Of a stretch of 54,094 nucleotides of DNA, positions 26,850 to 39,639 are shown in pieces. Source of the DNA: Lama guanicoe (lineage: Eukaryota); NCBI GenBank assembly GCA_013239625.1, contig MU054166.1, forward strand, positions 508,598 through 562,691. Direction: 5' to 3'. A program made the translations under genes and the position numbers. The notes under the pieces are model-generated. The model was not told the origin of the DNA. It saw only the letters and a list, made by a program, of their open reading frames with translations, and did not search any database. How positions within the stretch are numbered: the first letter of the stretch is position 1; every line of letters begins with the position of its first letter.

Positions 26850-28390
26850 TAAATTATTAAAATCTTGCTCTGTGCTGTAAATATAGCACTGTTGGTTCTC
26901 TTATTTATAACTAGTAGCTTGCATATTTCTGTCTCCCCCATCCTTCTTCCCTGTCCCCAGTGGAAAACACTACTTGGTACACTACACATACGTATGTGAT
27001 TCTGTTCCTTTTTTTATGATTATTTCTCTTATATAATTAGTTTCCTCATGAAAGTGGTAACATAGAGTGTTTTTCTCTGTATGACTTATTTTCCTATGTG
27101 CAACAGTATCTGGGTCCTGTTATATTGTTCTAAATGGCAGAATTTTATTTTTTGATATGACAATGACTAAGTATTTATTATGTTATCTATATCTCACATC
27201 TACTTCATCCAATCATCTGTTGATGGGCAGTTGATTTGTGCTTCTATCCTTGGCTATTATAAATGATGATGTTAAGAACTTTGGGGGTAATATATCCTTA
27301 AACGTTACTGTTTACATTGTTTTAGGTTTATCAAAAAACTGGAATCGCTGCAACATATAATGTTTCTGTTTCTAGTTTACTTAGCACTGTCCACACTTTT
27401 ATAATAGTGGATGCATCAATTTATATTTCCACCAACAGTGTACTTGGGTTCCCTTTTATCGACATTCATATTAATGTTTGTCATTTGAAGACTTTTTTTA
27501 ATAACAATTTTGGTTGCTGTGAGATAATATTTCATTCTGGATTTGATTTATGATTTCCTAATGAATAGCAACATTATATTTCTTTTTATGTCCATGAAAA
27601 TCATCCACATGTCTGTTTTTGCAAAGTTTCCATGAAGATCCTTCTACTGTTTTTAATTTGGGCTCTTTGTTTTTTAAATAATGAGCTTAAAATGCTATAT
27701 ATACATTATGGATAATAACACCTTGTGAGTTTCATAGTCTGAAACTCTTCCTTCTATTCTGTGTGTTGTGATAAGTCTTACTGAGTGTTTCCTTTGCTCT
27801 GTAAAAGGTTTTGCATTTCACTCTTATACAAGAAGTGGAATCACTGTATCACATAGTACATCTATTTTTTCCTCAGTATAATTAAAAACTTTTATTTTTT
27901 GTTTTCCTTTTTTTAATTAGGAGATAGATCAAAAATAAATATTGTTATGATTTATCACAAAGGCAGTTCTGGTCCTGTTCTTGTTCATAAATTGCATAGT
28001 TTCATGTTTTACATTTAGGAAATTAATCCATTTCTATTTTATTTTGCATAATATTGAAGGAAGTGCTCTTACATCTACATTTTACATGTAATATCCAGGT
28101 TTCCCAGAACTAATTGTTGAAGAGACTGCCTTTTTTCCATTGTATACTGTTGCGTCCTTCATTGTAGACTAATTGACCGTGTGTGTGTGTTTATTTAAGG
28201 ACTCTTTATTTTGTTCCATTGATCTATGTGACTCTTTTAGTGAAATATTTTGATGTTTTGCTTACTGTAAATTTGTAGTATGTTCTAAATTCAGTGAGGA
28301 TAATAACCGCAGCTTTGTTCATTTTTCAAAGATAATTTTAGAAAATTTTGGTCTTTCAGAATTTTAAATTCTGATATATTTTATTATATT
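26850..28390 (-). mobile_element. Old LINE-1 3'UTR plus ORF2 C-terminus
   Basis: CATCTGTTGATGGGCA, CCACCAACAGTGTA and TTGTTGAAGAGACTG. Confidence 0.85.
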
Positions 28391-28419
28391 TCACCTTGTT
28401 TTGTGAAGAAACATATGGA

Positions 28420-31400
28420 TTATGTGAGAATAGAAATTTACTAAAAGAAGAAAACCTGAGAAAAATTGTAAAGTGTGGAGGATAAATCATACAAGATTTA
28501 ACAACCAATGGGTTGCTGTATAAATCAAAGAAAAAATACATAAAGAAATATAACAACAAAAACAAATTCCATGTGTTATAGCAAAAGCAAAATTAATAGG
28601 GATGCTTATAGCAAAACAATCCGACTTATACAAATAAGAAACAACTCTCTCTTATAACATAATCTTTCAAACAAAATTTGCAGCAAAATAATAAACAAAC
28701 TTAATGGAAAGAAAGACAGCTGAAAGGTCGAAACATAAATATATAAAATAAAGATTAAAAATAGAAACATCTAAATAAACTACATAATGGCCTTTGAAAG
28801 ATAAATAAAACAGATAAAATTTAAAGAGAATCATGAGCAAAAAAGAGAGTATAGATTAAAAAGCTCCGAAATAAATGAGAAGTTACAGCTTATATCAAAG
28901 TAACACAAAGCATCATAAGATGATACAACAAATTATTTGCCAATTAAAATGGAATCCCTAGAAGAAATGGCCAATTTCTTAGAAAGGCAAAATCTCCAGA
29001 ATTAAATGAGAAGTAGAAAATATTAACAGATTATCACTAATGAAATTGAATAAGTAATTAAACAAATTCTCCCAAGAAATAAAATTCCAGGCATAGACAG
29101 CTTCACAGGTGATTTCTGCCAAACATTTAAAGAAGAGCTATCACCTATACTTCTCAGAGAATTCCAAAAACTTGCAGAGGAAAGAAGGCTTCCTAACCCA
29201 CCATTCTGTATCACACTACTACCAAAAGAGGAACAAATGCCACATAAAATTACAGTTTAAATACTACTTACAAGCATACTTGAAAAAATCATCAATAAAT
29301 ATTAGCAAAGCAAACAATACATTAAAAGTATTATACAGTATGATTAAGTCACTTTTATGCCAGGTATGCAAAAGTGATTCATTATCCAGAAATTAATCAA
29401 TATGATACACCAAACTAACTAATTGAAAAATAAAAATTATATGGCCATTTCAAAAAAGTCATAAAATGTTTTGAAAAATTCAGTATCTATTTATGACTAT
29501 ATTTCTCCTCAAAATGGGTATGAGGAAACATACCTCAACACATTTGAGGTCGCAAATGACAAGTATTCAGTTAACATGACTCTCACTGAAAAGCTGAAAG
29601 CATCTGCTGTAAGAGCAGGAAGAAGACAAGATTGTTCACTCTTTCCACTGTTATTCAGTATCATATTGGAAATTCTAGTCATAGGTATCCAAAATAAAAG
29701 TAAATAAAATATAGCTATTTCAGAAAAGGAGTAGAAGAATCTGTTTGCAGATGAAATACTTTAAATAGAAATCCGAAAGAAGATGCCACGATACTACGAG
29801 GGCTTTTCAATGCATTTGGTAAAATTTCAGAATGCAAAATTAACATACAGAAATCTTGCATTTCTACACACTAACAACAAGCTAACAGATAGAGAAAGTG
29901 AGGAAACTGTCTCATTTACAGTTGCATTACAAAAAAAATATCAAGAAATATGTCCAAACAAGGAGGTAAAAAATCTGTATTCAGAAAACTATAAAACATG
30001 TATAACAGAAATTGAAGATAATGCAAACAGTTAAAAGGATATACTGTGTTCATAGATTAGGAAAAAAATATTGTTTAATGACAGAATAAGCCAAGGAAAT
30101 ACACAAATTAAATTCAGTGCCTATCAAAATACCAAGGGCATTTTCTGACACTTACAAAAAATAATTCTAAAATTTACATGTAAACCCAAAAGAGATAGAA
30201 TCACTAAAAAAAAAAAAGGAAAGAAAGCAAACAAACAGAAAAGAGAAACATCTTTAACAAAAACAAAGAGGATGTATCACTGTCCCTGATTTTAAACTAT
30301 AATACAAAGCTGCAGTATTAAAACGAATATGGTAGTGGCACAGAATATACAGAATAATGGAACACAACAGAATGCCTGAAAATGAAATCAGACAGTTATG
30401 GTCATTAAGCCCATTACAAAAAATGAATGTACAGTGGGGGAATGTAACCACCGGCACATGAAACCGATCAACATCACTAAATATCAGAAAAATGCAAGTC
30501 CAAAACACAGTGAGATTTTATGTCACTCCTGGCAGAATGACTAATATCAAAAAGATAACAAGCATAACTGTTGGTTAGGATGTAAGAGAAACAACCCTGA
30601 TGCACTGCTGGAGTAAATGTAAATATGTGATGCCACTGTGGAAAACAAAATGGAGCTTTAAATAAAAATTAATAATGAAATATAATCCAAAATATACATA
30701 TCGTGATACTTATTCCAAGAAAATAAAAACACTAATTAGAAAAGATAAATTCAACCCTACATTCACTGCAGCATTATCCTCAATAGACAGGATATAGAAG
30801 CAAATTAATTGCTCATCAATAGATGATGGATAAAGAAGATGTGTGTTTATATTATATATATCTACCCATCTTAAGCACAGATTAATCTATATATATATAC
30901 ACACACACACAATTTATATATATATATGCTATATATATATATGCACTATATATATATATATATATGCACACACACATAAAAATACAATGGGTTATTACTC
31001 AGCTCTAAAAATAAGTTCTTGCCATTTGCAACAAAAGGATTGGCCAAGAGGGTAATATGCTCAGTGAAATAAGTCAGAAATTGAATGAAAAATGCTGAAT
31101 GATTTTACTCATATTTGGAATTTAAAACAAATGAACATAACAACACAGAAAAGGAATTATAGATATAGAAAGAAACAGGTTGTTCACAAGAAGGAGGGAA
31201 ATGGGGTGTGGAAAAGAAAATTTGAGGAAATTAAGAAAGAAAATTTTCCAGTTGCAAATTAAACGAGTCAGGGACAAGAAATGTACTCTATGGGGAATAG
31301 CCAATAACCATTAAATAACTTTAAATAGCAACATAAAATAACTAGATATATTCTGGTGATCTGTTTGAATTATATTGAAAACAGCAAACAGTATGTTGTG

Positions 31401-31838
31401 TAAGAGAAACTAACACAGTTTTATAGATTAAAGTACACTACAAAAACAAACAAACATACACATAGAAAAAAATTAGATTTGTAGTTAACAGAGGCAGGGG
31501 TTGGGAAAGGAGGATTTGGTTAATGTACTCAAAACCTATAAACATCCAGCCGTAAAATAATTGTGTTCCAGGGATGCGCCGTAGTAACATGAAAATTAAA
31601 ATTAATACTGTTTTATGTTCTATATCAATGTTGTTAAGAGAGTAGACAATAATTTTTCTCATCACAATCAAAAGACAAATTTAATTTCTTTACAACTTTA
31701 TCTAAATGAGATAATGAATTCTCCCTAAAGTTACTATGATATATATTTCATGATACTTGTAAATCAAATCACTATCCTGTGCACCTAAACTTGCACAATG
31801 TTTTAAGCCATTTATATCTCAATAAAAGTGGAAGAAAA
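28420..31838 (+). mobile_element. Old LINE-1 ORF2 plus 3'UTR; its 3' part is paralogous to 1..1380
   Basis: CCTAGAAGAAATGG, CTGTTTGCAGATGA and a terminal TATATCTCAATAAA at ~31820. Confidence 0.88.
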
Positions 31839-31888
31839 AATGGAAAGTCAACGGTCACTTATTTCCATGTCATTTCTCATGATTCTTT

Positions 31889-32143
31889 TTGCATCAAGTA
31901 AACTTTAGTCATGATAAACTTATCCTAGGTAAAGATACTAATAAATAAATGATTCTAATAAATTATACATAAGGATACAAATAAAATTAGTGGTTTACCA
32001 TGCCTTAAATTTTCTATTGCATCAAGTAAACTTTAGTCATGATAAACTTATCCTAGGTAAAGATACTAATAAATAAATGATTCTAATAAATTATACATAA
32101 GGATACAAATAAAATTAGTGATTTATCATGCCTTAAATTTTCT
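31889..32143 (+). repeat. 128-bp tandem duplication specific to unit 2
   Basis: TTGCATCAAGTAAACTTTAG... starts at 31889 and again at 32017. Unit 1 has a single copy (~1430-1553). Confidence 0.95.
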
Positions 32144-35100
32144 TCATGTTAACAACCCACTGCTTCTGTAGGCAACAAAATTTCATTTCGTGAATTCATG
32201 TGAGATTAGGGAATGGATACAAATTTAAAACTGACTGTTCTTGCTGTGAGTGATAAAGTTCACTGTCTCAGACCGAAAGTCTCATTTCCACGAGAGCATC
32301 TGTAAGAAATGAACATGTTAGGTTGCTAAAAATCTCAGAATGTTAAAATCTCAGAACTCCTACATTTCTTAACTGTTTTGCATTGGGAATGCAATACTGA
32401 CAAGGACTTGATTTTGGATAACAATGTGCTGTTTTCTCATGGTTGCAATATGGGATGTGAGGATAATAACTGAGATCCACAACATACATTGTCGCTCAAG
32501 TGCTGGGCAAAGAATGTAAAGGTTCTGCATTTGTAGTACTGAGGACTGCTTTCAAAATGATGACTACGCTCACTCTAATCCAGGTAGTCCAAGTAAACAA
32601 AGGTTATTGCAATTTGAAGCTTAAAGGGAATAAATAAACAGTTCAGTCTCTATAAATTAGTCAAGGGGTGTTCAAAGACAAAATAATTTGTGCCAACAAT
32701 GAGAATTAAAAGGAAAAAATTTGATAATAGCATAAATTAAAAAGGAGACAGAGTCCTGTGCTGGGCTCTGGGTACTGGAGAATGTATTTGCCTCAGTCCC
32801 ATTCAAGGGTTCAGTGTCTTGGCCCTAGCATCAGCTCGGGATTCAATAAACAGGTAACAATTAGTATACTGGGTGAAATATAATCTACCTCTCCATAATC
32901 AGAAGAAAATCTGGTGGCTCAATGAAACTATTAATTCACAGAAATTCTGCCAGATTCAGAATAATAATTTACTGATGATCTAACTAACACAAACTTAGTT
33001 ACTGCTTAACAATCCATCTTCACACACACATACAGTGGTAGACAGATTTGTAGTATTTAGTGGTAAGAGTTCTGTGGGCAGAGCTCAGAGGATATTTCAA
33101 ACACCAGACAACATTTCTACTTTTGCCAATAGTCTAGCATTTCTGAGGTAGAAAATTATAGACGGAAAAACCAACAATATTCTTCCTTAGGATTTCTAAT
33201 TTTAAAAGTAAACTGTAGCTTTTGACTTATCAGTATAGAACCTTATTAAGATGATCATGGTAAGACCCACTGTCTGATAAGAGAGGTGGAAAATAGCTGC
33301 TGAACCAGTCCATCTGAACCCCAGCCTTCTAATGTAAGCAACAACATAGCCACGATCAGAGTTGTGCTGACAAATTTAAAAGCTTGATGATTCAGTTGTA
33401 GGAACAACCACTGCTGTCCAGACACAGATCTCCTGCTGCAAGTGGTCTCTTTTCTTCTCTTGGAAAAGGTCATATTGGTGGAATGCTGCAAGAGGTTACC
33501 CTGGCCCATTTGCCCTTTCTCCAGATAATCAAAGTCTTTCTTTAAAACTGGTGACATATTTTCAGGACTCAATGTTGCCATTCCAGTCTTATCAGTTAAC
33601 ACTGACTGCATGATTATGAGCAGAAGCCTTAGACACCCTGACATTGCCTACAATTTTTCCAGCATTTCAGGGCATTTCACATTCTGTAAATTCTTCACTT
33701 TTTATTTAAAATTAATAAGAAATAGACAAATTATTCCATGAATATTTTATATTTCCTAATATCTGCAGAAAATTGGTACTCATGCCGTTGGACAAATTTT
33801 TAAATCCACCACCCTCGCCTCCTTCTACTCCACGCATTTTAGATTGCAATTTGGTTACCTAATACAACCACCTCAACCAAGGGTCTAGTACCTCTTTGAT
33901 ACTTCCTCTGTGAATGTTAGAAGGGGCACAAGTTATGTGGGGTGCATAAACCTACATTAAATGTTTGCATTAGCACTGTCTCTTCTGGGCAAAGCTCTGA
34001 TTCTAAGAAGTAAATTAATTAGAGGTCAGTATAGTTATTAATATGATGAAGAGAATCAGCTATTTTCGGGTGGGTGGGTGATGAGGAGTCAGGAAAAAAT
34101 CCATCAAATGAGAATGGAATGCTTTAGGCCTCAGGAGGCATGAATTAAGAAGAAAATAATACTTTGTCTCCTGTAGATTACCCCAAATTACTGTCTTGAG
34201 TGACTAGTCCATGGGCTATGGAAAGTTCTAGTTTGTGGTGAAGAGTAAAGACCATAACGAAATATTGTGAAAACTATGAGAGATTTGTTGTTTCAGGAAA
34301 GTAGATTTTGCTTAAAGTCAACATGTATTTTTCATTCACTAAATACTAAAATGAATCCTGTGGCAAATGCTGTGATTTCTGTGCGGGTATCCCAGTTAGA
34401 CAAGGAAAGGGGGATAGACAGAAAACTTCTGAAGAAGGTAGTTTCTGTGCTGAGACTGGGAAAGTCTAAGTAGGTAAAAAGAGGACATCCAAATTCCAAG
34501 GATGAGCTGGAGCAAGACTGGTGAGGTTGCAGCTAACATACTTGACAAGCGTTTGCCTGGATGTATCTCCAGTTACAGTGAAACATAAAGATATGCCAAG
34601 GTAGTCAGATGCCAGATTTATAAAGGAATGACTAAACTAAGTTCAGTTCGTGTGCGTAGAGTTGGAAAGGCATTAAGAGCCACCCTGAGGACGTAAGCTT
34701 GTCTTTGGATGGAACATAAAAGCAAAATAAAGTATCGACTGAAAATATAGTGTAGACTCTTGAGGGCAGGAAATGAAAGCAACAATTGGAATGCTTTGAG
34801 AACAGAACAAAGAAGACAATAGATAAAATTTCTTCTCAAATTCAACCACATGCTGATTGTGCCAACTGAGACTACATCATGTGACATTTATGACTGCAGG
34901 GATGACATATTAGAGACCATGATCCCGGGGCTGGTTTCTGAATTTATCTCCTTTCACCCAATCCTAACTTAACACTTTTAATACTTTCCAGGATTAACTA
35001 GAAACCACTTAGTACTTTTCCCTCTCTCCATGTTATAGTCTTCCTCCAAATTCTTCCATTTTCTCTTCTTCCTTACAAGAAATTTTTTAAATTAACTACC

Positions 35101-35225
35101 ATATTGTTCCATTATATGATCATATCAATCAAGTATCTCTTTTTACCTTTAAATTGTAACTTAGTCTCCCATTTATCTCTTAACACTATTTAAAAAAATA
35201 AGGTAAATAGAGGTAAACAACTATG

Positions 35226-35277
35226 TTTATTTTTCAAATAAGAAAATTGCAGGTATTTGTCCAACATCAATTTTAAT
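35226..35277 (-). terminator. Candidate HSFY polyadenylation signals (ATTAAA 35272-35277, AATAAA 35226-35231)
   Basis: Hexamers lie ~40 and ~85 nt downstream of the stop on the minus strand. The copy 1 equivalents are altered (ATTAAT, AACAAA). Confidence 0.4.
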
Positions 35278-35315
35278 CTTTGTTATCCTGCATAATCTGG
35301 TAGTCCTCTGGTAGA

Positions 35316-36986
35316 TCAGTTGTGACTAAGATGACGTTCATAAACTGAAGATGTCTGATGAGTTGGCCTTGAAAGAGAGTTTGCTGATATATCAGTAATC
35401 AATGGCACTGGAAACCATGGGTTGCTCCCTGGTTGAAGTTTAGAAAAACGACCTTCATTGGCAGATATGTTGTGATATCTATCTGGAAAAATAGAAGGTT
35501 CCACCATCTGTCCAAAATAATTCCTCTGTATGGGATACAAGATGCTGTACTGAGAAGTAGAAGTTGTAGTTGTAATGAAGTTCACAACACGGCTATTTGC
35601 TTCAATGTAGCTGCTTTGAGAGTGCCCGTGGACAGTGGTCAACTGACTTAAAATAGCACGTTGATTCACTGCAATTTGTTCTGGTGGTCTAAATGACATT
35701 GATGATGGAGGAGAAAAATCAACTCTGATCGGGGTAGTTGTATCACCAATTATGTGGCTGGTAGAGGGCTTTCTTATTAGAGGCATGTTTAAATTTACAG
35801 AAGGTAAAAATTTACTGTCTCCACTAGTGTCACCCACAAAATCAGAATTATGTTTATCCACATTACCCACTGCTTTATAGTGCTTCTTGTTGAAATCTTC
35901 AGCCAATGAAGACACCAGAGAGGCATTTTTAATCACAACTCTTCTTTTTATTCTCACTAAAAGCTGGGGACAGACTCGTTCAACATTTGGATTATGATAG
36001 AACTACAGCTACAACCAAAGTAGAAAGATTTCAGTAATAATTTAAACCGAAATACATCACTATTATAAGACTAACCTATAAAACCTGAGATTTCATGTTT
36101 AATATGCAAGGATAATATCATCAAAATATGAACATTGCTGACAATATTTTGAAGTTCCTTATTTGGAAAATACACATTTAAATAGTATAGTCATCAAATT
36201 TAAGAAACTAGCATTTGCAGTAATGGTGAATGCCACTTTTTAAAGCAGCATTAATACCTTTATTTAGATTTCTGGTAAAATTCATATTTGCAAGCAAAGT
36301 TTCTTATAGTGTGAATACTTAAGTCACTGTCCTCATTTTTTAGAATAAATAAAGGATTTTAGCCTTAGTACTTTTATACAATTTTCAAAATCTAGCTTTA
36401 CATTTATATTACCATATTGATGTACAAAATAAAATTTTATATAAGAGTTACGAAGTGGTAACTAAAGTTTCTGAGTACTTTGCTTAAAACAGAGACTTCT
36501 TTTTCTTCTGCCAGAAAGTCTGCTAGAAATGCTGATCTTTGAAAATTCTGCCGCACTTTACTAAACCCATAAAGGTTAAGCTGTCTAAGTAAACTTCATT
36601 CTTCCAGTTTCAAATATTCTGAAAGGGGCCTTTCTTTCCAAAACTTCCTTTTTAAAGAAATCATCAATCACTATGGAAGTTCCATTATCATCCCTCCAGT
36701 TGGATTTATATTGGTCACTCCCAACCATTTTCCAGAGTTTTCTTCAAAATGTCAGAGAACGAAAATCATTATCTTCATCTGGTTCAGAGACACAATGTAT
36801 GTAACATGGCCTTTTAATGAAGGATTCTTCAGACAAAGTCTAAAAAGCATTTTTTTCAATCATAGACCTCATGTCCAAATCCCCAGAGAATGTTTGATAA
36901 CACAATAGAGATCTACAGGAGTTTCCTTAACCAGTTGGTCCATCTTTATGAGACACCTCTTGAATTTCTGAAGAAACATGTTCCAT
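35316..36986 (-). pseudogene. HSFY: HSFY pseudogene copy 2: exon 1 36986..36479, intron 36478..36009 (470 nt, GT..AG), exon 2 36008..35316
   Basis: Translation MEHVSSEIQEVS...DLDMRSMIE...RQLNLYGFSKV...EEKEVSVLSK | L*FYHNPN...RIKRR...YERHLSHN. Lesions: TAA 36927-36929, TAG 36840-36842, TGA 36744-36746, 2-nt deletion ~36595, TAG 36003-36005. The rest of exon 2 is open (ORF 35316..35957). Confidence 0.95.
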
Positions 36987-37118
36987 TTCATATAACTATT
37001 TCTACAGCTACTTTTCTAATCTGCATGATTTTGAGAACTGCAGCTTCAAATGCTGCTTTGGCAGGCCTGCACAGATAAACTGCTAGGCCATCAGAGTGGT
37101 TCTCAACCTGAGTAGCTG

Positions 37119-37150
37119 TGACATCACAAAACGGCTGGTCTCCTAGCAAA
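37119..37150. promoter_or_regulatory. Putative HSFY proximal promoter, copy 2: CRE-like TGACATCA plus degenerate X-box GTCTCCTAGCAAA
   Basis: Paralog of 6503..6534. Confidence 0.5.
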
Positions 37151-37882
37151 TCAAGGGTAACATTCAGCCAGTGTTTACTTCTCACTCATTCAGTTAAAAT
37201 GAAACATATAAGACACTTATTTTTATAGAGTCATCTGCAAATATTATCTCCACAAAATCTTTTCATACAATTTAATATTGAGGTTTATTAAATAAAACCA
37301 ATATCCTTCCTTTTGTACACAAATATATAACAGATTAGTGAACATAGTATAAATAATGCAGAAAATATATAAAATAATATTAAAGTTTAGGAATTTTAAC
37401 TGAAGTTTGTCTAAAACCTGTACAGAAATGTTATAACTATTTCAATATCATTTGTAATTAAAGTGAAACATAATTTAATTTGGTATTGGAAGCAGGTATT
37501 TATCTGTGTACTTTAGAATATGTAGCTTTATATTCAAAACATGAGAAGAATTAATATGTGTTTATATGGTACATATATTAAATAATGGTTAATATTTATG
37601 AAATAAAATATTAAAATATTCAATGAAATTTTAGAAATCCCAAAAGGGGAACTTTTGTTTTAAATTGTAATTCAATGCTATAATGAAAAACAAAAGTAAT
37701 TTAATATTCTACAATTATATTGCAAAAGAGACAATCTTATTGTAAATTTAAAAATGTTTATTTTTGCCATTGTTTCACTCAGAGTTTTATCAACCCCTTG
37801 AAGTAATAAATTTTCTTGTCATCTTTATAATCCGTACTCTTGTGGCTTCTGCTATTTGTTCCAAAATGATGTTAGTGACTTA

Positions 37883-37960
37883 TGCACAAGATCCTGGGTT
37901 CAATAAGCATTGCCTCCATTGAGGGGAAAACAAACAAACAATCAAAAAACAAAGAAATAA
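37883..37960 (+). mobile_element. tRNA-derived SINE fragment, unit 2
   Basis: ATGCACAAGATCCTGGGTTCAATAAGCATTGCCTCCATT followed by an A-rich tail. Confidence 0.6.
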
Positions 37961-38479
37961 TCATATGTGTCGGTTGGGGTGGAAAAGATCAGGTAATTCA
38001 TTTTAGGAAGCAATATGTTTCTCAGTCCTGAAACAGTTGGCAGTGTTATTATTATATGGCATTTTAAGGCAAGTGTCTTGTGCACTAATTGTAAATAATA
38101 GTTACGTTCTGTATCAGAAAACTGTAGTAAATCCAGTTCTACCAAAAGTTATATTCTTTATTTAGAAATAAATTCCATTAAACATAAGCCAAGTTCAAAA
38201 TGAGAGATAAAATTTTTAATAAATAAATGTACCCTCAAGCTACAATGTAAATTTTTCATTCAGCATCTGTAAATCCCATTCTGAATAAATATTAGCAACC
38301 TGAATTCATGGCATAATATAAGCATTATAAACTGTAGTTAAGTTGCAATTAGTCTTGATTCATAAGTATTATTTAACATACACAAATTTACATATGTGAT
38401 ACCATCCTTTTAAGAAACAAAGAATTAAAATATAACAATCTCAAAATATATAGGAAAACTATTGACAGATCTGATCTTT

Positions 38480-39610
38480 ACATTTTTTTAAAAATATTAT
38501 TTAATTCGATCTAGATAGAATGTAACTAAGCAAATTAAAAGCCATATATGAAAAACCCATGACTTAAATCAAGTTCAATATTAACATACAGGAATGTTTT
38601 CCACTGGTCCAGTAATAAGAAAAAGTAGCTCATTTTCACAAGTCCTAAATTACACTACTAGAAGTCCTAGGAAGAATTACTAGTCAAGAAAAATTATAAA
38701 ATTCAATCAACTTGTAATAAAGAAGTGAAGTTTTTACAGATGACATTATTATGCATACATAGAAAACTCCATAGACTCTTCCAGTGACTGTTAGAAATAA
38801 TGAAGAAACTTAGTAAACTTGCAGAATACAAAATCAATATACAAATATCCGTTGCATTTTTGTATAGTAACAAAACATTATCAGAAATAGAAATTAGGAA
38901 AACTATTGTGTGTAAATTTATACCAAAAATAATAAAATAGGAATAAATTTCAAAAGTGAAATAAAAGTTCTAAACAAATATCTATATATTACCGGTGCAA
39001 GAAATATAAGTAAACAAAATAAATAGAAAGATATTGTGTGCTCATGAATTGTATACAATGTGAGGAAATATTCTAATCAATCTTTTACCTGTTCATTCTC
39101 CCCAGCAGTAGTTATTTAGGAGAATGTCTTTTCTTAATTTTATACCCTTGCTTCCTTTTTCATGGGTTAATTGATCATAGGTGTGAGGGATTATATCTGG
39201 TTGCTCTATTCTCTTCTATTGATTGATATCTGTTTTTGAGCCAGTATCATTTTGCTTTAATTACTAAAGTTTTGTAGGACTGTTTAACATCAGAGAATTT
39301 TGCACCATTAGATTTAATACCCTTTTTCAGGATTATTTTGGCAACTCATGATATTTGTGGTTACATATAAATTTTAAAATTATTTGTTCAAATTATTGGA
39401 AAAATCTCATTGGTATTTTCACATGAATCAACCTAAATGTAGATTCCTTTGGGTAGCATGTTTGTTTCAAACACATTATTTCACATCATTAACATAAGAG
39501 ATCATTTCATTTCTTTGGATCTGTTTTAATTTCCTTTATCAATGTTTTCTGTTTTTTAACGTATAGGTTTTCACCATATTTGTTAACTTCATTTATATGT
39601 GTTCTTTACA
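38480..39610. mobile_element. Old LINE-1 ORF2 fragments (+ to ~39060, then -), paralogous to 7820..8978
   Basis: Colinear with unit 1. Confidence 0.8.
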
Positions 39611-39639
39611 TATATATAAAATTGTATATATAATATTTG

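Larger units (their letters stand above)
1..30430 (+). repeat. Tandem amplicon unit 1 (~30.4 kb period, HSFY-containing)
   Basis: AATGTAACCACC(A)GGCACATGAAACCGAT at 11 recurs at 30441. Colinear similarity continues to ~20433, which matches ~54075. Confidence 0.95.

Noticed and set aside
33255..33644. 129-aa minus-strand ORF downstream of HSFY copy 2
   Set aside because: The unit 1 paralog lacks the ATG and has an early TAA, and I recognise no homology.
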